Assembly (NCBI GenBank): GCA_044345055.1
Contig: JBIJBT010000011.1
Location: forward strand, 1-45,977
DNA length: 45,977 nt
Reading direction: 5' to 3'
Origin: Bdellovibrionota bacterium
GTDB taxonomy: Bacteria; Bdellovibrionota_C; UBA2361; OMIW01
The notes under the pieces were generated by a model that saw only the letters and a program-made list of their open reading frames with translations, was not told the origin of the DNA and did not search any database. Of the stretch, positions 1 through 10,852 are shown in pieces. The first letter of the stretch is position 1. Every line of letters starts with the position of its first letter. Made by a program: the position numbers and the translations under genes.

Positions 1-30
1 ACTTATTGTATCTGGCGCAGAAGCCGGGGA

Positions 31-1035
31 CTAGGGGAGTTCATCAACGATCCTAGTTCGGCCCATAAATCGCATTTTTATAACATGTTGACTCGGTATG
101 GCGTGTTGCTCATCTACTAGCCAGTCGTAGAGGTGCTCGGCCGCCATTCGATGCGCTATTTCATTTGGATGTCGGTCTTCTCCGGGCATAACCTGTAGGC
201 GATCGAGCGGGATACCCTTGTAAAGGGAAAAAAGATCGGTGTGGGGAACCTGAAGCTCTCGAAGGAGAGCGGCGACCTTTTCGTGGCAGGCAAAGAAGGG
301 ATAGCTATCATCAAGGGGAAGACCAAAAAGTGGGAATATCGCGGCAAATATGGGTTTATTCGCTGAGCGGGCTTTCGCTACTATTGATCTCATTGAGCTT
401 TCAAAGCTTTTCCAGTTCGCTGGTTTTGTGAAGAGGTTATTAAAATAGGCGATATAATCGCGCTTTGTTTTTTCGTTATGAATCCGGGTTGCGATCAATC
501 TACCCGTCGCCCAATTTTTGAGTATCCGCCCCTTCCAACCGGTAAGCTTTAATCCACCGAAGCTGTCAAAGACAGTAATTCCTTTCGGTCGATACGGCTT
601 TATCTCTGGGTCATTGAGGGTTATCTGAAGCAAAATCGCATCCGCCTCATCACGAATCGCTCGATCCGTAGTTGCAATCTCATGAGATGTTGAGTACGCG
701 GGAACCCCATAATTAATTACCTCTGCCCGTGATGTGATTGCATTCAGGTTGAGCATACGCTCAAGAACTTTCGGAAACGGATCGGTAAATTGCATATACG
801 GCGCAAACGTATACGAGTCGCCAATTATTGCGAGCCGAAAAGTATCATCTTTTTTTGGCCGCGAAATTGGATAATCCTGCATCGTCTCAGAGGCCTCGGG
901 ACGAAAATAGTAACGTGGTCGATCACTCCAACGTGCAGCGGTTGTGAGTAACCGACCCTCCGCAAGCCGAATTACTCCCTCAAGGAGGATGAGGCTTAGG
1001 AGGAAACCAAATAAGAGGGCGAGAAGATTGCGCAT
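31..1035 (-). CDS. SGNH/GDSL hydrolase family protein with N-terminal membrane anchor
   Basis: Block I IIGDSYT, block II INYGVPAYS, block III LND, block V DRHPN; hydrophobic N-terminus. Confidence 0.85.
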   Translation of the reverse strand: MRNLLALLFGFLLSLILLEGVIRLAEGRLLTTAARWSDRPRYYFRPEASETMQDYPISRPKKDDTFRLAIIGDSYTFAPYMQFTDPFPKVLERMLNLNAITSRAEVINYGVPAYSTSHEIATTDRAIRDEADAILLQITLNDPEIKPYRPKGITVFDSFGGLKLTGWKGRILKNWATGRLIATRIHNEKTKRDYIAYFNNLFTKPANWKSFESSMRSIVAKARSANKPIFAAIFPLFGLPLDDSYPFFACHEKVAALLRELQVPHTDLFSLYKGIPLDRLQVMPGEDRHPNEIAHRMAAEHLYDWLVDEQHAIPSQHVIKMRFMGRTRIVDELP

Positions 1036-1126
1036 GGCGGGAGAAAAAAATTGTGGGTTTTACACCTTAACTGTCTTGTAGCTCGGTCAGTATCGTATCG
1101 TGAAATGGTGCTTTCACCAAAAAACT

Positions 1127-2059
1127 CTAAACCGAAAAACACAGCCTTAATCCGAGAAGTATCGCTGATGAGGGAAGCTGTTCCTTCATCGATGATGTTT
1201 GAGCGGGGGTAATCGCCACTTCGCATCCGCGGATAATCGCCTCGATTAAAGGAGGTGATGAGCGACGAAGTCCCCTCATAGCCCAACTAAGACGTTCAAA
1301 AGAGGCTCGAGTCGGGAAAGAAGCTCGGGGAGGAAGGCCCAGAGAGCTCAAGCCGCGGTTTAGCGAGCGAAGTGCGGTTTCTTTATTCTGCGTGTGGCTA
1401 TCCACAATAGTTGCAAGGAGGGTTATTAGCTGTTCACTAATCTCGGTGGGAGTTTCTGCCGATTGCTTAAGATCACTCGGTTCTCGCGGACACGAACTCT
1501 CAACAAGGAGGAGGATGATACACTCAAAGAGTGACACCGTATCATCAGCGATAATGAGGGAGCGAATGTTAGCGGTAAATCGTTGTCGCTCCGATGATTG
1601 AAGCGCGTTAAGAGTACCCACTGCCCTTGATGCAAGAGAGAGACGCTCGGCCGATGAAAGAATAACGATCTCCGGTTCGACCCGGAGCATACGAGCTATC
1701 ATCAATTGCTCAGCGTGCCACGCAATCCGCTGAAGCTGCCGATCTCTTGCAGGGCCATCGAAGTGCAACACGAGGGCGTACAGAGCGGCACAAGCATCAA
1801 TCGGGCCGTTGCAAAGAGCAGCAGCGCGGGATGAGAGGGGCGCGAGCGATAGAGGCTCTGAATAACTTACTCGCGGTGCCGAACCATAGCGAAGAGAAGA
1901 AGCCCATTTATCAAAAAAGGACCTCAATCGCTCCAGGGGTACCGCCCAATTCGGCAACCCTTTTCGTATTAGCGATAGGATTGCAGGATCGTTGAGGGCG
2001 AGGGACTCAGCTTTCGAGCCCCTCGTTTTTAATCCGTCATTTATTCCATCAGAAGCCAC
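1127..2059 (-). CDS. Hypothetical protein resembling the TerB-like C-terminal module of M48-family Zn proteases (no HExxH domain)
   Basis: 310-aa ORF starting 16 nt after the recA stop; motif LIIADDTVSLFE plus a second degenerate copy near the C-terminus; start uncertain. Confidence 0.55.
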   Translation of the reverse strand: MASDGINDGLKTRGSKAESLALNDPAILSLIRKGLPNWAVPLERLRSFFDKWASSLRYGSAPRVSYSEPLSLAPLSSRAAALCNGPIDACAALYALVLHFDGPARDRQLQRIAWHAEQLMIARMLRVEPEIVILSSAERLSLASRAVGTLNALQSSERQRFTANIRSLIIADDTVSLFECIILLLVESSCPREPSDLKQSAETPTEISEQLITLLATIVDSHTQNKETALRSLNRGLSSLGLPPRASFPTRASFERLSWAMRGLRRSSPPLIEAIIRGCEVAITPAQTSSMKEQLPSSAILLGLRLCFSV

Positions 2060-2075
2060 TATGAGTCGCTCTCGT

Positions 2076-3209
2076 CTAGTCGTTCCCCGCTACATTCGGA
2101 ATAAACGGCTCGGCGGAGTTCTCGGCAGAGGACTGCTCAGCTTCACGCCGCTTGTTGCCTTTTCCAGCTGCTGTACCGGTCCGAGCAGTTTCTTGTTGTC
2201 CTGTCTGCGCCGGACTAGTGATACCAACTTTTTCGAGTATTAATCTTCTTAGCTCGAGGCCAACATCTGCATGTTCACGGAGGAATTGCTTTGCGCCCTC
2301 CCGTCCCTGTCCGAGCCGTTCTCCTCGATACGAATACCATGCCCCCGCTTTATCAATCAGGCCGTGATCGACTCCTAGATCGACTATCTCGCCGATTTGG
2401 CTGATACCCTCGTTAAAGATGATATCAAACTCTGATTCGCGAAATGGTGGGGCAACTTTGTTTTTAACGACCTTGACCCGAACGCGGTTGCCGATAGCAT
2501 CAGCTTGCTCTTTTATCGAAGCAAGACGACGAATGTCGAGCCGCACTGATGCATAGAACTTGAGGGCATTTCCCCCCGTTGTTGTTTCCGGAGATCCGAA
2601 CATTACACCGATCTTCATCCGAATCTGATTGATGAAGAGGAGAGTGGTGCCCGATTTTGCGGCAAGTCCAGTTAATTTGCGAAGCGCCTTGCTCATGAGG
2701 CGCGCTTGAAGTCCAGGTTGTTGATCTCCCATCTCGCCATCGATCTCAGCGCGGGGAACAAGGGCCGCAACGGAATCGATAATCACAAGATCTACAGATC
2801 CGGACTGGACTAACGTCTCACAAATCTCTAGTGCCTGTTCGCCGCAATCTGGTTGGCTAACAAGAAGCTTTGAGGTGTCGATGCCAAGTTTGCGGGCGTA
2901 TCCAATATCGAGTGCGTGTTCCGCATCGATAAACACGACCGTTCCTCCGTCTCGCTGTGCTGCGGCTGCTGCATGAAGCGCCAAAGTGGTTTTACCTGAG
3001 GATTCTGGCCCATAAATCTCAACGATTCGACCCCGCGGAATACCGCCCACTCCGAGGGCGATATCAAGTCCAAGACTTCCGGTCGAATAGGCTTCAACCT
3101 TCGGCTGATCTTCAAGTTTGAGGCTCATAATCGCCCCGCGACCATATTTCTTCTCGAGGGCACCGATAGCTGTATTTAAAGCTTTATCTTTATCGCCGTT
3201 ATTTGACAT
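2076..3209 (-). CDS. recA: Recombinase RecA
   Basis: Walker [57 protein letters not shown]. Confidence 0.99.
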   Translation of the reverse strand: MSNNGDKDKALNTAIGALEKKYGRGAIMSLKLEDQPKVEAYSTGSLGLDIALGVGGIPRGRIVEIYGPESSGKTTLALHAAAAAQRDGGTVVFIDAEHALDIGYARKLGIDTSKLLVSQPDCGEQALEICETLVQSGSVDLVIIDSVAALVPRAEIDGEMGDQQPGLQARLMSKALRKLTGLAAKSGTTLLFINQIRMKIGVMFGSPETTTGGNALKFYASVRLDIRRLASIKEQADAIGNRVRVKVVKNKVAPPFRESEFDIIFNEGISQIGEIVDLGVDHGLIDKAGAWYSYRGERLGQGREGAKQFLREHADVGLELRRLILEKVGITSPAQTGQQETARTGTAAGKGNKRREAEQSSAENSAEPFIPNVAGND

Positions 3210-3395
3210 AGTTTTCCCTTACTAATTGTGTTTACTGGAGTGCGTTTTTCGCGAGTAATCGAGTTTGCGTATCAGCTAGTATCTTTAGCTGTTTACTGCT
3301 CTTCTTTTCGTTCGTTGATATCTAAAAGTTTCGTCTACGCTTTGATTTATTAAATTATCTTAATGCTGCGCGATTTTTCCTCCACATATCCAGCA

Positions 3396-4019
3396 TTATC
3401 GAAAATCGCGAAGCAGCCCTATTACTTTACCCTGAATTTGTACGGCATCTACTGTGATCGGTTTCATCGTTGGATTTGCTGGGATGAGCATGACCGATCC
3501 ATTCTTCAATCGTCGATACGTTTTGAGAGTTGCTGACCCGTCCGGCAATAACGCTACTACGATTTGACCATCCTCCGCATGATCCTGTTTTTTGATAATC
3601 ACTATATCTTGATCGCAGATATGAGCGTCAATCATCGATTCCCCACTGACCTCAAGGCAAAATACATCTCCTTTACCACTCACTAAATGAGCTGGTATGT
3701 CGATGAAGGATCGATTTTCAACCGCCTCAAGAGGTACTCCTGCCGCGATGATTCCGATAAGGGGAACTGCGGTGTTCGAGAGTGCTGGAGGGGCAATTTC
3801 AATAAGCCGGATGGCACCCCCCGGTTTTCGCTCAATAAACCCTTTTTGTGCGAGTCGCTCAAGGTGAAAGTGTGCGGTGGAGGGTGATTTTACCCGTATG
3901 GCAGTCGCTATCTCGTGTAGCGCGGGAGCGTGACGGTGTTCGGCCAGATAGTCGCGGATAAATGCAAGGGTGCGATGTTGTACCGGAGAGAGGGTTGATA
4001 TGGTACTCGATTCTTTCAT
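3396..4019 (-). CDS. lexA: SOS repressor LexA
   Basis: N-terminal wHTH (APALHEIA...SPSTAHFHL..L..KGFI), Ala-Gly cleavage site IAAG, catalytic Ser GESM and Lys ATLK; directly upstream of recA. Confidence 0.97.
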   Translation of the reverse strand: MKESSTISTLSPVQHRTLAFIRDYLAEHRHAPALHEIATAIRVKSPSTAHFHLERLAQKGFIERKPGGAIRLIEIAPPALSNTAVPLIGIIAAGVPLEAVENRSFIDIPAHLVSGKGDVFCLEVSGESMIDAHICDQDIVIIKKQDHAEDGQIVVALLPDGSATLKTYRRLKNGSVMLIPANPTMKPITVDAVQIQGKVIGLLRDFR

Positions 4020-4058
4020 TTGAATTCTCGTGGTGGATACACCTTTATTCGCTTAAGT

Positions 4059-4087
4059 TACTATATCAAATTAGTATGAAAAGGCAA
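4059..4087 (-). promoter_or_regulatory. Putative sigma70 promoter of lexA with overlapping palindromic operator
   Basis: Minus strand TTGCCT (4087-4082), 16 nt, TATAGT (4065-4060) with extended -10 TG; palindrome TACTA-N8-TAGTA at 4059-4076. Confidence 0.55.
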
Positions 4088-4141
4088 GTAGGTTTTCGTT
4101 GGTTATCTTCGCTTTTTTTAGCTGCTAGAAGTCGATTTCGT

Positions 4142-5617
4142 CTACATCGACCAGAGAAGTATCGCGCCGGCGGCTACGCCAATAATTAGGCTCGTTGGAT
4201 CGCGGAGAGCAAACACAACCGGATCATCGTGGAGCTCGCTACGATGAGCGAGGAACCAAACTCGTACTATCCAGAAGAGTACTAAGGGGGAGAGCATCCA
4301 CAGTCCTGCTGGATTGTGGTAGAGGCGCGTTACATCGGGTGCTTGAACGTAGAGGGCAAGAACAAGAACCGATATGAGCCCTGTTCCCATTCCGAGCTGT
4401 CCTATCCATGTGGTATCTGATTGCCTATAGCCACGGCGAGAGCTGTCGGAGTTAGCTGGGCTTGTTGCGAATTCAACGTAGCGCTTAACCGAAGCGAGTC
4501 CAAGAAAGAAAAAGAGGCTAAAAGCGAGGAGCCAGGGCGAGACCGAGATGGATGTTGCAGCAGCACCCGCGAAGATTCGTAGGGTGTAGAGTGAAGCCAA
4601 AACGAATATGTCAACGATCGGGATTCGTTTGAGGATAATCGAGTAAAGGGAGGTGAGTACAAGATATAAAATCAGCACCGCGAGGAATGGTGATGAAACC
4701 GCGGGGGCAATCGCAAGACTAGCAGAACCACACAATAAAGCGGCGCGCACTCCGCAGCTAATAGGAATCTCTCCCGAAGCGAAGGGTCGGTGACACTTTG
4801 TGCGATGCTCTCGATCGGCATTCAGGTCAAGCAGATCGTTGATAAGATATACGGAGGAAGCCGCAAATGAAAAAGATAATCCAGCTGCGATCACCTGAAT
4901 AAGGAGCGTTCCTTCACCCCATCGATGAGCCATGATCAATGGAACGAATATCAGGACATTTTTTGACCATTGATGAACCCGTAAGGCACGAAGCCATCGT
5001 TGCAACATAGATCTCTGCGAACGATTCGAACGCGGTACAGCCTCGACTTGAGGAGGGAGTTTGCCGATTAATGATGATTGACCCGCAATAACATAACCAA
5101 CTCGACACGATTCCCAGACCGGAATATCTGCTGAGGAGTCACCGACGTAATCAAATCCCTTGACGCCATAACGCTCTATTAGGAGTTCTTTCTTTCGGGA
5201 GCCTTTGCAATTATCAGTCTCGGAGGTCGCAATAATTTCATCGAACAGTCCAAGGTGTTCAGTAACTTTTTGTGCCCACGCCTTGGGCGATGCTGTGGCG
5301 AGAATTATCGGCGAACCCTCTTTTTTTCGCTGAATTATTAGGTCAATTATAGAGGCGCGAAAAGGCAAAAGTTCTACTTTCGGGGTGACATGGCGAGCAA
5401 GCTCTGTTTTGGCAAAAGCTTTCCCGCGACGAAACCAACCGATAAGGCAAAGGGCCTTCATCGGATGGTCGCGGAGAAAGGTTATAATGCCCTCGATCAG
5501 AAGGTCGGTACGGATCAGAGTGTCATCGAGGTCAACACAGAGAGGGACCGCTTTTGTTTCCGATGGCATCGGTTTTTGCACCTCGCCATCGTGGTTCTTT
5601 TCTTCAGTCGTGGTCAT
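4142..5617 (-). CDS. UbiA-family prenyltransferase (polyprenyl-phosphate phosphoribosyltransferase type) with N-terminal HAD-like domain
   Basis: VDLDDTL and YVGDS HAD-like motifs; LRVHQWSKN, YLINDLLD..DR.H..K..RPFASG, LHDDPVVFALRD; many transmembrane segments. Confidence 0.9.
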   Translation of the reverse strand: MTTTEEKNHDGEVQKPMPSETKAVPLCVDLDDTLIRTDLLIEGIITFLRDHPMKALCLIGWFRRGKAFAKTELARHVTPKVELLPFRASIIDLIIQRKKEGSPIILATASPKAWAQKVTEHLGLFDEIIATSETDNCKGSRKKELLIERYGVKGFDYVGDSSADIPVWESCRVGYVIAGQSSLIGKLPPQVEAVPRSNRSQRSMLQRWLRALRVHQWSKNVLIFVPLIMAHRWGEGTLLIQVIAAGLSFSFAASSVYLINDLLDLNADREHRTKCHRPFASGEIPISCGVRAALLCGSASLAIAPAVSSPFLAVLILYLVLTSLYSIILKRIPIVDIFVLASLYTLRIFAGAAATSISVSPWLLAFSLFFFLGLASVKRYVEFATSPANSDSSRRGYRQSDTTWIGQLGMGTGLISVLVLALYVQAPDVTRLYHNPAGLWMLSPLVLFWIVRVWFLAHRSELHDDPVVFALRDPTSLIIGVAAGAILLWSM

Positions 5618-5713
5618 CGTGAACCCCCTTTCGTGTCACCGATCCCGAGGGCACCGACCTATCCACCGAAATCCGTTTCTCCTTCAATCCGCCAGTTGCC
5701 GAACGCAACTTGC

Positions 5714-7039
5714 TCAAGCTGTAACTGACGGTCGCCCAATACTGTAGTAGGTAAAGCCGAGCGTTTGCATATCTTTGCGGCCAAAGATATTACGTCCGTC
5801 AAAGATAACTGGAGCCTTTAGTTGATCTTTTAAACGGGTAAATGATGGGGCTCGGAACTCGCTCCACTCTGTGCACACAATTAGTGCGTCGGCGCCAGTA
5901 AGAACATCGTAGTTCGATTCTCCGTACGTTATCTGGGGATGCTCTCCAAATCGCTCACGGAATGTTCCGTTCGCCTCGGGGTCGTACGCTTGAACGGATG
6001 CGCCGAGTTTGACCAGCTCTTGCATTATCACGAGGGCAGGAGCTTCTCTCACATCATCGGTTCGAGGTTTAAAAGCAAGCCCCCACATCGCGAATCGCTT
6101 TCCACGAATCGCTTCTTTGGACCCGTAGTGTCCAACGATCTTATCGAGGAGAACCCGCTTTTGACGGGCATTCACCTGCTCTGCTGCTGCTGCAAGAAGA
6201 AGCTCAACGCCGTGGTCTTTGCCGGTTCGCACGAGAGCCTGAACATCCTTCGGAAAGCAGGAGCCACCATAGCCAATTCCGGGAAATAGGAAGCTTTTTC
6301 CTATTCGAGCATCGCTTCCGATACCGTTTCGGACCGAGTTGATATTCGCCCCCGATTTCTCGCACAGTAGTGCGATCTCATTCATGAAGGAGACCCGAAT
6401 TGCGAGCATCGTATTTGCTGCATACTTTGTCATCTCTGCTGAGACGACATCCATAACGATGATCGGGTTGCCGGTGCGGGTGAAAGGTTCGTAGAGATCT
6501 GTCATTACCTTTTCAGCATGCTCAGAATCGACACCGACGACGACTCGGTCGGGCCGCAGAAAATCATCAAGTGCAGTACCCTCTTTCAAAAACTCAGGGT
6601 TGCTGACCACGTCAACTGCATACGAGGTCTCAGCTTGAATTGTTCTTTTCACTAGCTGTGCGGTGCCAACCGGAACGGTTGATTTGTCGACCACTATTTT
6701 TGGCCCATTCATCGCTTTGCCGATACCTTTTGCAACGGCGAGCACGTGGGTGAGATCGGCTGAGCCATCCTCATCTTGTGGAGTGCCGACCGCGATGAAG
6801 ATAATTTCAGCGCCCTGGACTGCGCTCTCAAGTTCGGTGGTGAATGAGAGACGCTTTAGTTTCGCATTTCTCTCGATTAGATCTTCCAGCCCGGGCTCGT
6901 ATATAGGGATTTGACCCTGTTCGAGCATCGCGATTTTGCGAGCATCATTATCGACGCAGACCACGTCGTTTCCCTGCTCCGCAAAGCAGGCGCCTGCGAC
7001 TAATCCAACGTAACCGGATCCAATTACAGCAATATTCAT
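5714..7039 (-). CDS. ugd: UDP-glucose 6-dehydrogenase
   Basis: IGSGYVG Rossmann motif, KSTVPVGT, SNPEFLKEG, GYGGSCFPKD with catalytic Cys. Confidence 0.96.
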   Translation of the reverse strand: MNIAVIGSGYVGLVAGACFAEQGNDVVCVDNDARKIAMLEQGQIPIYEPGLEDLIERNAKLKRLSFTTELESAVQGAEIIFIAVGTPQDEDGSADLTHVLAVAKGIGKAMNGPKIVVDKSTVPVGTAQLVKRTIQAETSYAVDVVSNPEFLKEGTALDDFLRPDRVVVGVDSEHAEKVMTDLYEPFTRTGNPIIVMDVVSAEMTKYAANTMLAIRVSFMNEIALLCEKSGANINSVRNGIGSDARIGKSFLFPGIGYGGSCFPKDVQALVRTGKDHGVELLLAAAAEQVNARQKRVLLDKIVGHYGSKEAIRGKRFAMWGLAFKPRTDDVREAPALVIMQELVKLGASVQAYDPEANGTFRERFGEHPQITYGESNYDVLTGADALIVCTEWSEFRAPSFTRLKDQLKAPVIFDGRNIFGRKDMQTLGFTYYSIGRPSVTA

Positions 7040-7265
7040 TTTTAGCCTCGCTTGTGTAAACCACGCCTCAGGGCGGGGAGGATCGTAAGATAGGTGAGTG
7101 GGAGATGCAAGAGAGGGTGCGCTGGTAGGTGAAGGTTCTGGAAATTAGTCGGTAAATGTTTTCTATAGCGGGGAGGAAAAGGGTTGGGACAATTTCGATT
7201 TATTTTGTCTAAAAGCGAGAAAGGGAACGAAGGAACAGGAGCAAGTGGGCGTGAAGGATTGAGCT

Positions 7266-8798
7266 TTAACGTGTGATTTTTTCCCGAATCCGTCGGATAA
7301 GTGCCCAGAGTGCCACGCACCACCCAATCAATCGTGCTGGCCACTCTCCAAAAAGGGCCGTGAAGGGGGTGTTTGTGGTTGTTACCACCGGTACGGTTGC
7401 TTCGAGTATGCCCTCTGAAAAAGAGGGGAGCCGACCGAGGGAGTTGCCGAGGGGGTCGATGATGCCGGTGGTGCCGGTATTGGTGGAGCGGAGTAGGGTG
7501 CGTCGGGTTTCTATCGCACGAAATGCGGCTATAAGCTCGTGTTGATCTGGTGCTGCGGATTCTCCGAACCAGGCATCGTTGCTGAGGCTTGAAAGGATGG
7601 TGGCACCGTCGCGGACCGCATCGCGGCTGAGTGATGGTACTGTATCTTCGTAACAGATGAGGGGCGATAGAATCGCTGCTGGTTGGGCGGTTAGAGAGAT
7701 GATAGCGGGACCAGAACCGGCGGAAAAGTTGGCGACTCGGTCGTTTATCTGCGCTATCCAGGGAAGATAATCGGCAAAGGGTGTGTATTCGCCAAAAGGC
7801 ATCAAGATCTGTTTGTGATAGGCGGGTGCAATAGTTCCATCTGGACGAATTAGTAGAGCGCTATTACGAGGTTTTTTTTGAGGGCTAAAAGTGAGCGAGC
7901 CAAGAAGTAAATCTTGGGTTGGAAGTGGAGAGGGAAGATGGCGACTCTCTCGGACGGTACTTATTGAATCGGGGATAAATTGTTGAATAACCGATTCGGG
8001 CCAGATAACTAGATCGGCTGTTGGAGATACAGTTTGATTTAACCGCTCGTATGATTCGACATTCGCGGAGAAAAAGGCGATGTCGTGCTTTTGTTCAAGC
8101 GAAACATTCGCCTGAATGAGAGCAACGGAGAGGAGCGGATGTTGTTCGCGCTGATAGTTGCGCATCTCCTGATAGCCGTAAAGGGAGGCACCTGAGAGGA
8201 AAACAAGAGAAACGAAGAGGGGACGATATCGGCGACTTATTATCGCTATTGAGAGTGTGGTCGCGACCCACACCATAAGGAAGCTTATCGGCGCAGCCCC
8301 CGAAAGCGATGCGGCGAGCGCCAGCGGTCGAATCGCGAGCTGTGTGTGCCCGAGGTGCCACGGAAAAATGCGAGGGGTAACTATCTCGCCAGCGATCCAG
8401 CCGAGTGGATACGCGATACCCCACCGATGGAACCACGGGGGCAAACGAACGGCGCACCAGTGAGTGAGGGGAAATTGGAGTGCTGATCCAAAAACGAAAA
8501 GACAAAAAACGAGAAGAGCAATCGAAGAGGGAAGACCGCTAAAGATTGAAATAGTTCGAGCGAGCCACGAGAAGGCAAGGGCTATGGCGGTAATACCGAA
8601 TACCCAGCAGAGCCGATAGGGCTTTTTGTGTCGATTATTTGGGTCTCGAAGGAGGGCAAAACTTAGGAGAAATGGGGAAAGCCACCCAAGTGCAGCGCAC
8701 CAAATACCGCCCGGATGAAGCCAGGCAAACGCCAGCGAAAGCCCGCCTAAAAGAGCAAAAAGAAATGAGAGCTGCGGGGAGGAGTAGAACTGCTTCAG
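7266..8798 (-). CDS. lnt: Apolipoprotein N-acyltransferase (5' end extended beyond the ORF track; start codon uncertain, possibly CTG)
   Basis: Catalytic triad WPES, YHKQILMPFGEY, PLICYE, plus NDAWFG and RSTNTG; frame stays open upstream of 8444 to an in-frame TGA at 8826-8828 and encodes Lnt-like transmembrane helices. Confidence 0.9.
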   Translation of the reverse strand: MKQFYSSPQLSFLFALLGGLSLAFAWLHPGGIWCAALGWLSPFLLSFALLRDPNNRHKKPYRLCWVFGITAIALAFSWLARTISIFSGLPSSIALLVFCLFVFGSALQFPLTHWCAVRLPPWFHRWGIAYPLGWIAGEIVTPRIFPWHLGHTQLAIRPLALAASLSGAAPISFLMVWVATTLSIAIISRRYRPLFVSLVFLSGASLYGYQEMRNYQREQHPLLSVALIQANVSLEQKHDIAFFSANVESYERLNQTVSPTADLVIWPESVIQQFIPDSISTVRESRHLPSPLPTQDLLLGSLTFSPQKKPRNSALLIRPDGTIAPAYHKQILMPFGEYTPFADYLPWIAQINDRVANFSAGSGPAIISLTAQPAAILSPLICYEDTVPSLSRDAVRDGATILSSLSNDAWFGESAAPDQHELIAAFRAIETRRTLLRSTNTGTTGIIDPLGNSLGRLPSFSEGILEATVPVVTTTNTPFTALFGEWPARLIGWCVALWALIRRIREKITR

Positions 8799-8860
8799 AG
8801 GTAAAACCGCAGAAGATAGGAACGCTCAGCGAACGTTGCGCCCCTTTTTTCTTGGTAAAA

Positions 8861-8894
8861 TTTTATACCAGCAACAAACGCTACTGGTATAAAA
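8861..8894. terminator. 11-bp inverted repeat downstream of eno (probable terminator, alternatively an operator)
   Basis: TTTTATACCAG-N12-CTGGTATAAAA, followed by a short T-run on the minus strand. Confidence 0.5.
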
Positions 8895-8938
8895 ACTACC
8901 AGGTACAAAAACTCAAGCTAAAAACTCAAGCAAAAAAG

Positions 8939-10306
<1,368 letters not shown>

Positions 10307-10495
10307 TCATTCTGGGAACTTGTGGAGAGGCGGCGGGATCGTATCGTCGGCCTCGGAGCACTTTGTACACCGAACGGCGACCGAATGTCGAGTCGAGAAA
10401 TATGATTCCCTAAGGAAGATATTTTTTTTAAAAAGGTAGGTATGTGGGAGGTGAGCCCTCTGGCGTTGGAGCGATTAAGGCGGTATGGTGCCGCC

Positions 10496-10804
10496 ATGAA
10501 GCGATTTGCTCCTTTTATCATGCTCGCTCTGAGCCTTTCATCGTTGAGCCTATTTTTCACGGGAGAGGGTGACCTGCATGCGCTGCGCGGTCTTCAGGAG
10601 CGTCTTCAAATCGCAAAAGAGCGTAATGGACGGCTTCAGGAGTATGTGCAGGAACTGCGAGAGCATAACACCCGTATAAAGCGTGACCCACGATTTCTTG
10701 AGCACGTTGTCCGCAATGAGTTGGGGCTTGTGAGAGATGGTGAGGTGGTGTTTGTTTTTGAGGGTGCCGAGGCGCAAAAGGGCTTAGGAGATGAGAAGCG
10801 TTGA
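10496..10804 (+). CDS. ftsB: Septum formation initiator FtsB/DivIC family protein
   Basis: N-terminal TM segment, coiled coil, C-terminal DPRFLEHVVRNELGLVRDGEVVF; ATG 10496 preferred over 10442. Confidence 0.85.
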   Translation: MKRFAPFIMLALSLSSLSLFFTGEGDLHALRGLQERLQIAKERNGRLQEYVQELREHNTRIKRDPRFLEHVVRNELGLVRDGEVVFVFEGAEAQKGLGDEKR

Positions 10805-10852
10805 GGAGAGTATTTTTTAGGGATTAGACTTTTCCGGTGGGCGAGGTGAGGT

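Noticed and set aside
8445..8825. lnt as a frameshifted pseudogene
   Set aside because: Manual translation shows the missing N-terminus is in the same frame with no stop, and the catalytic triad is intact
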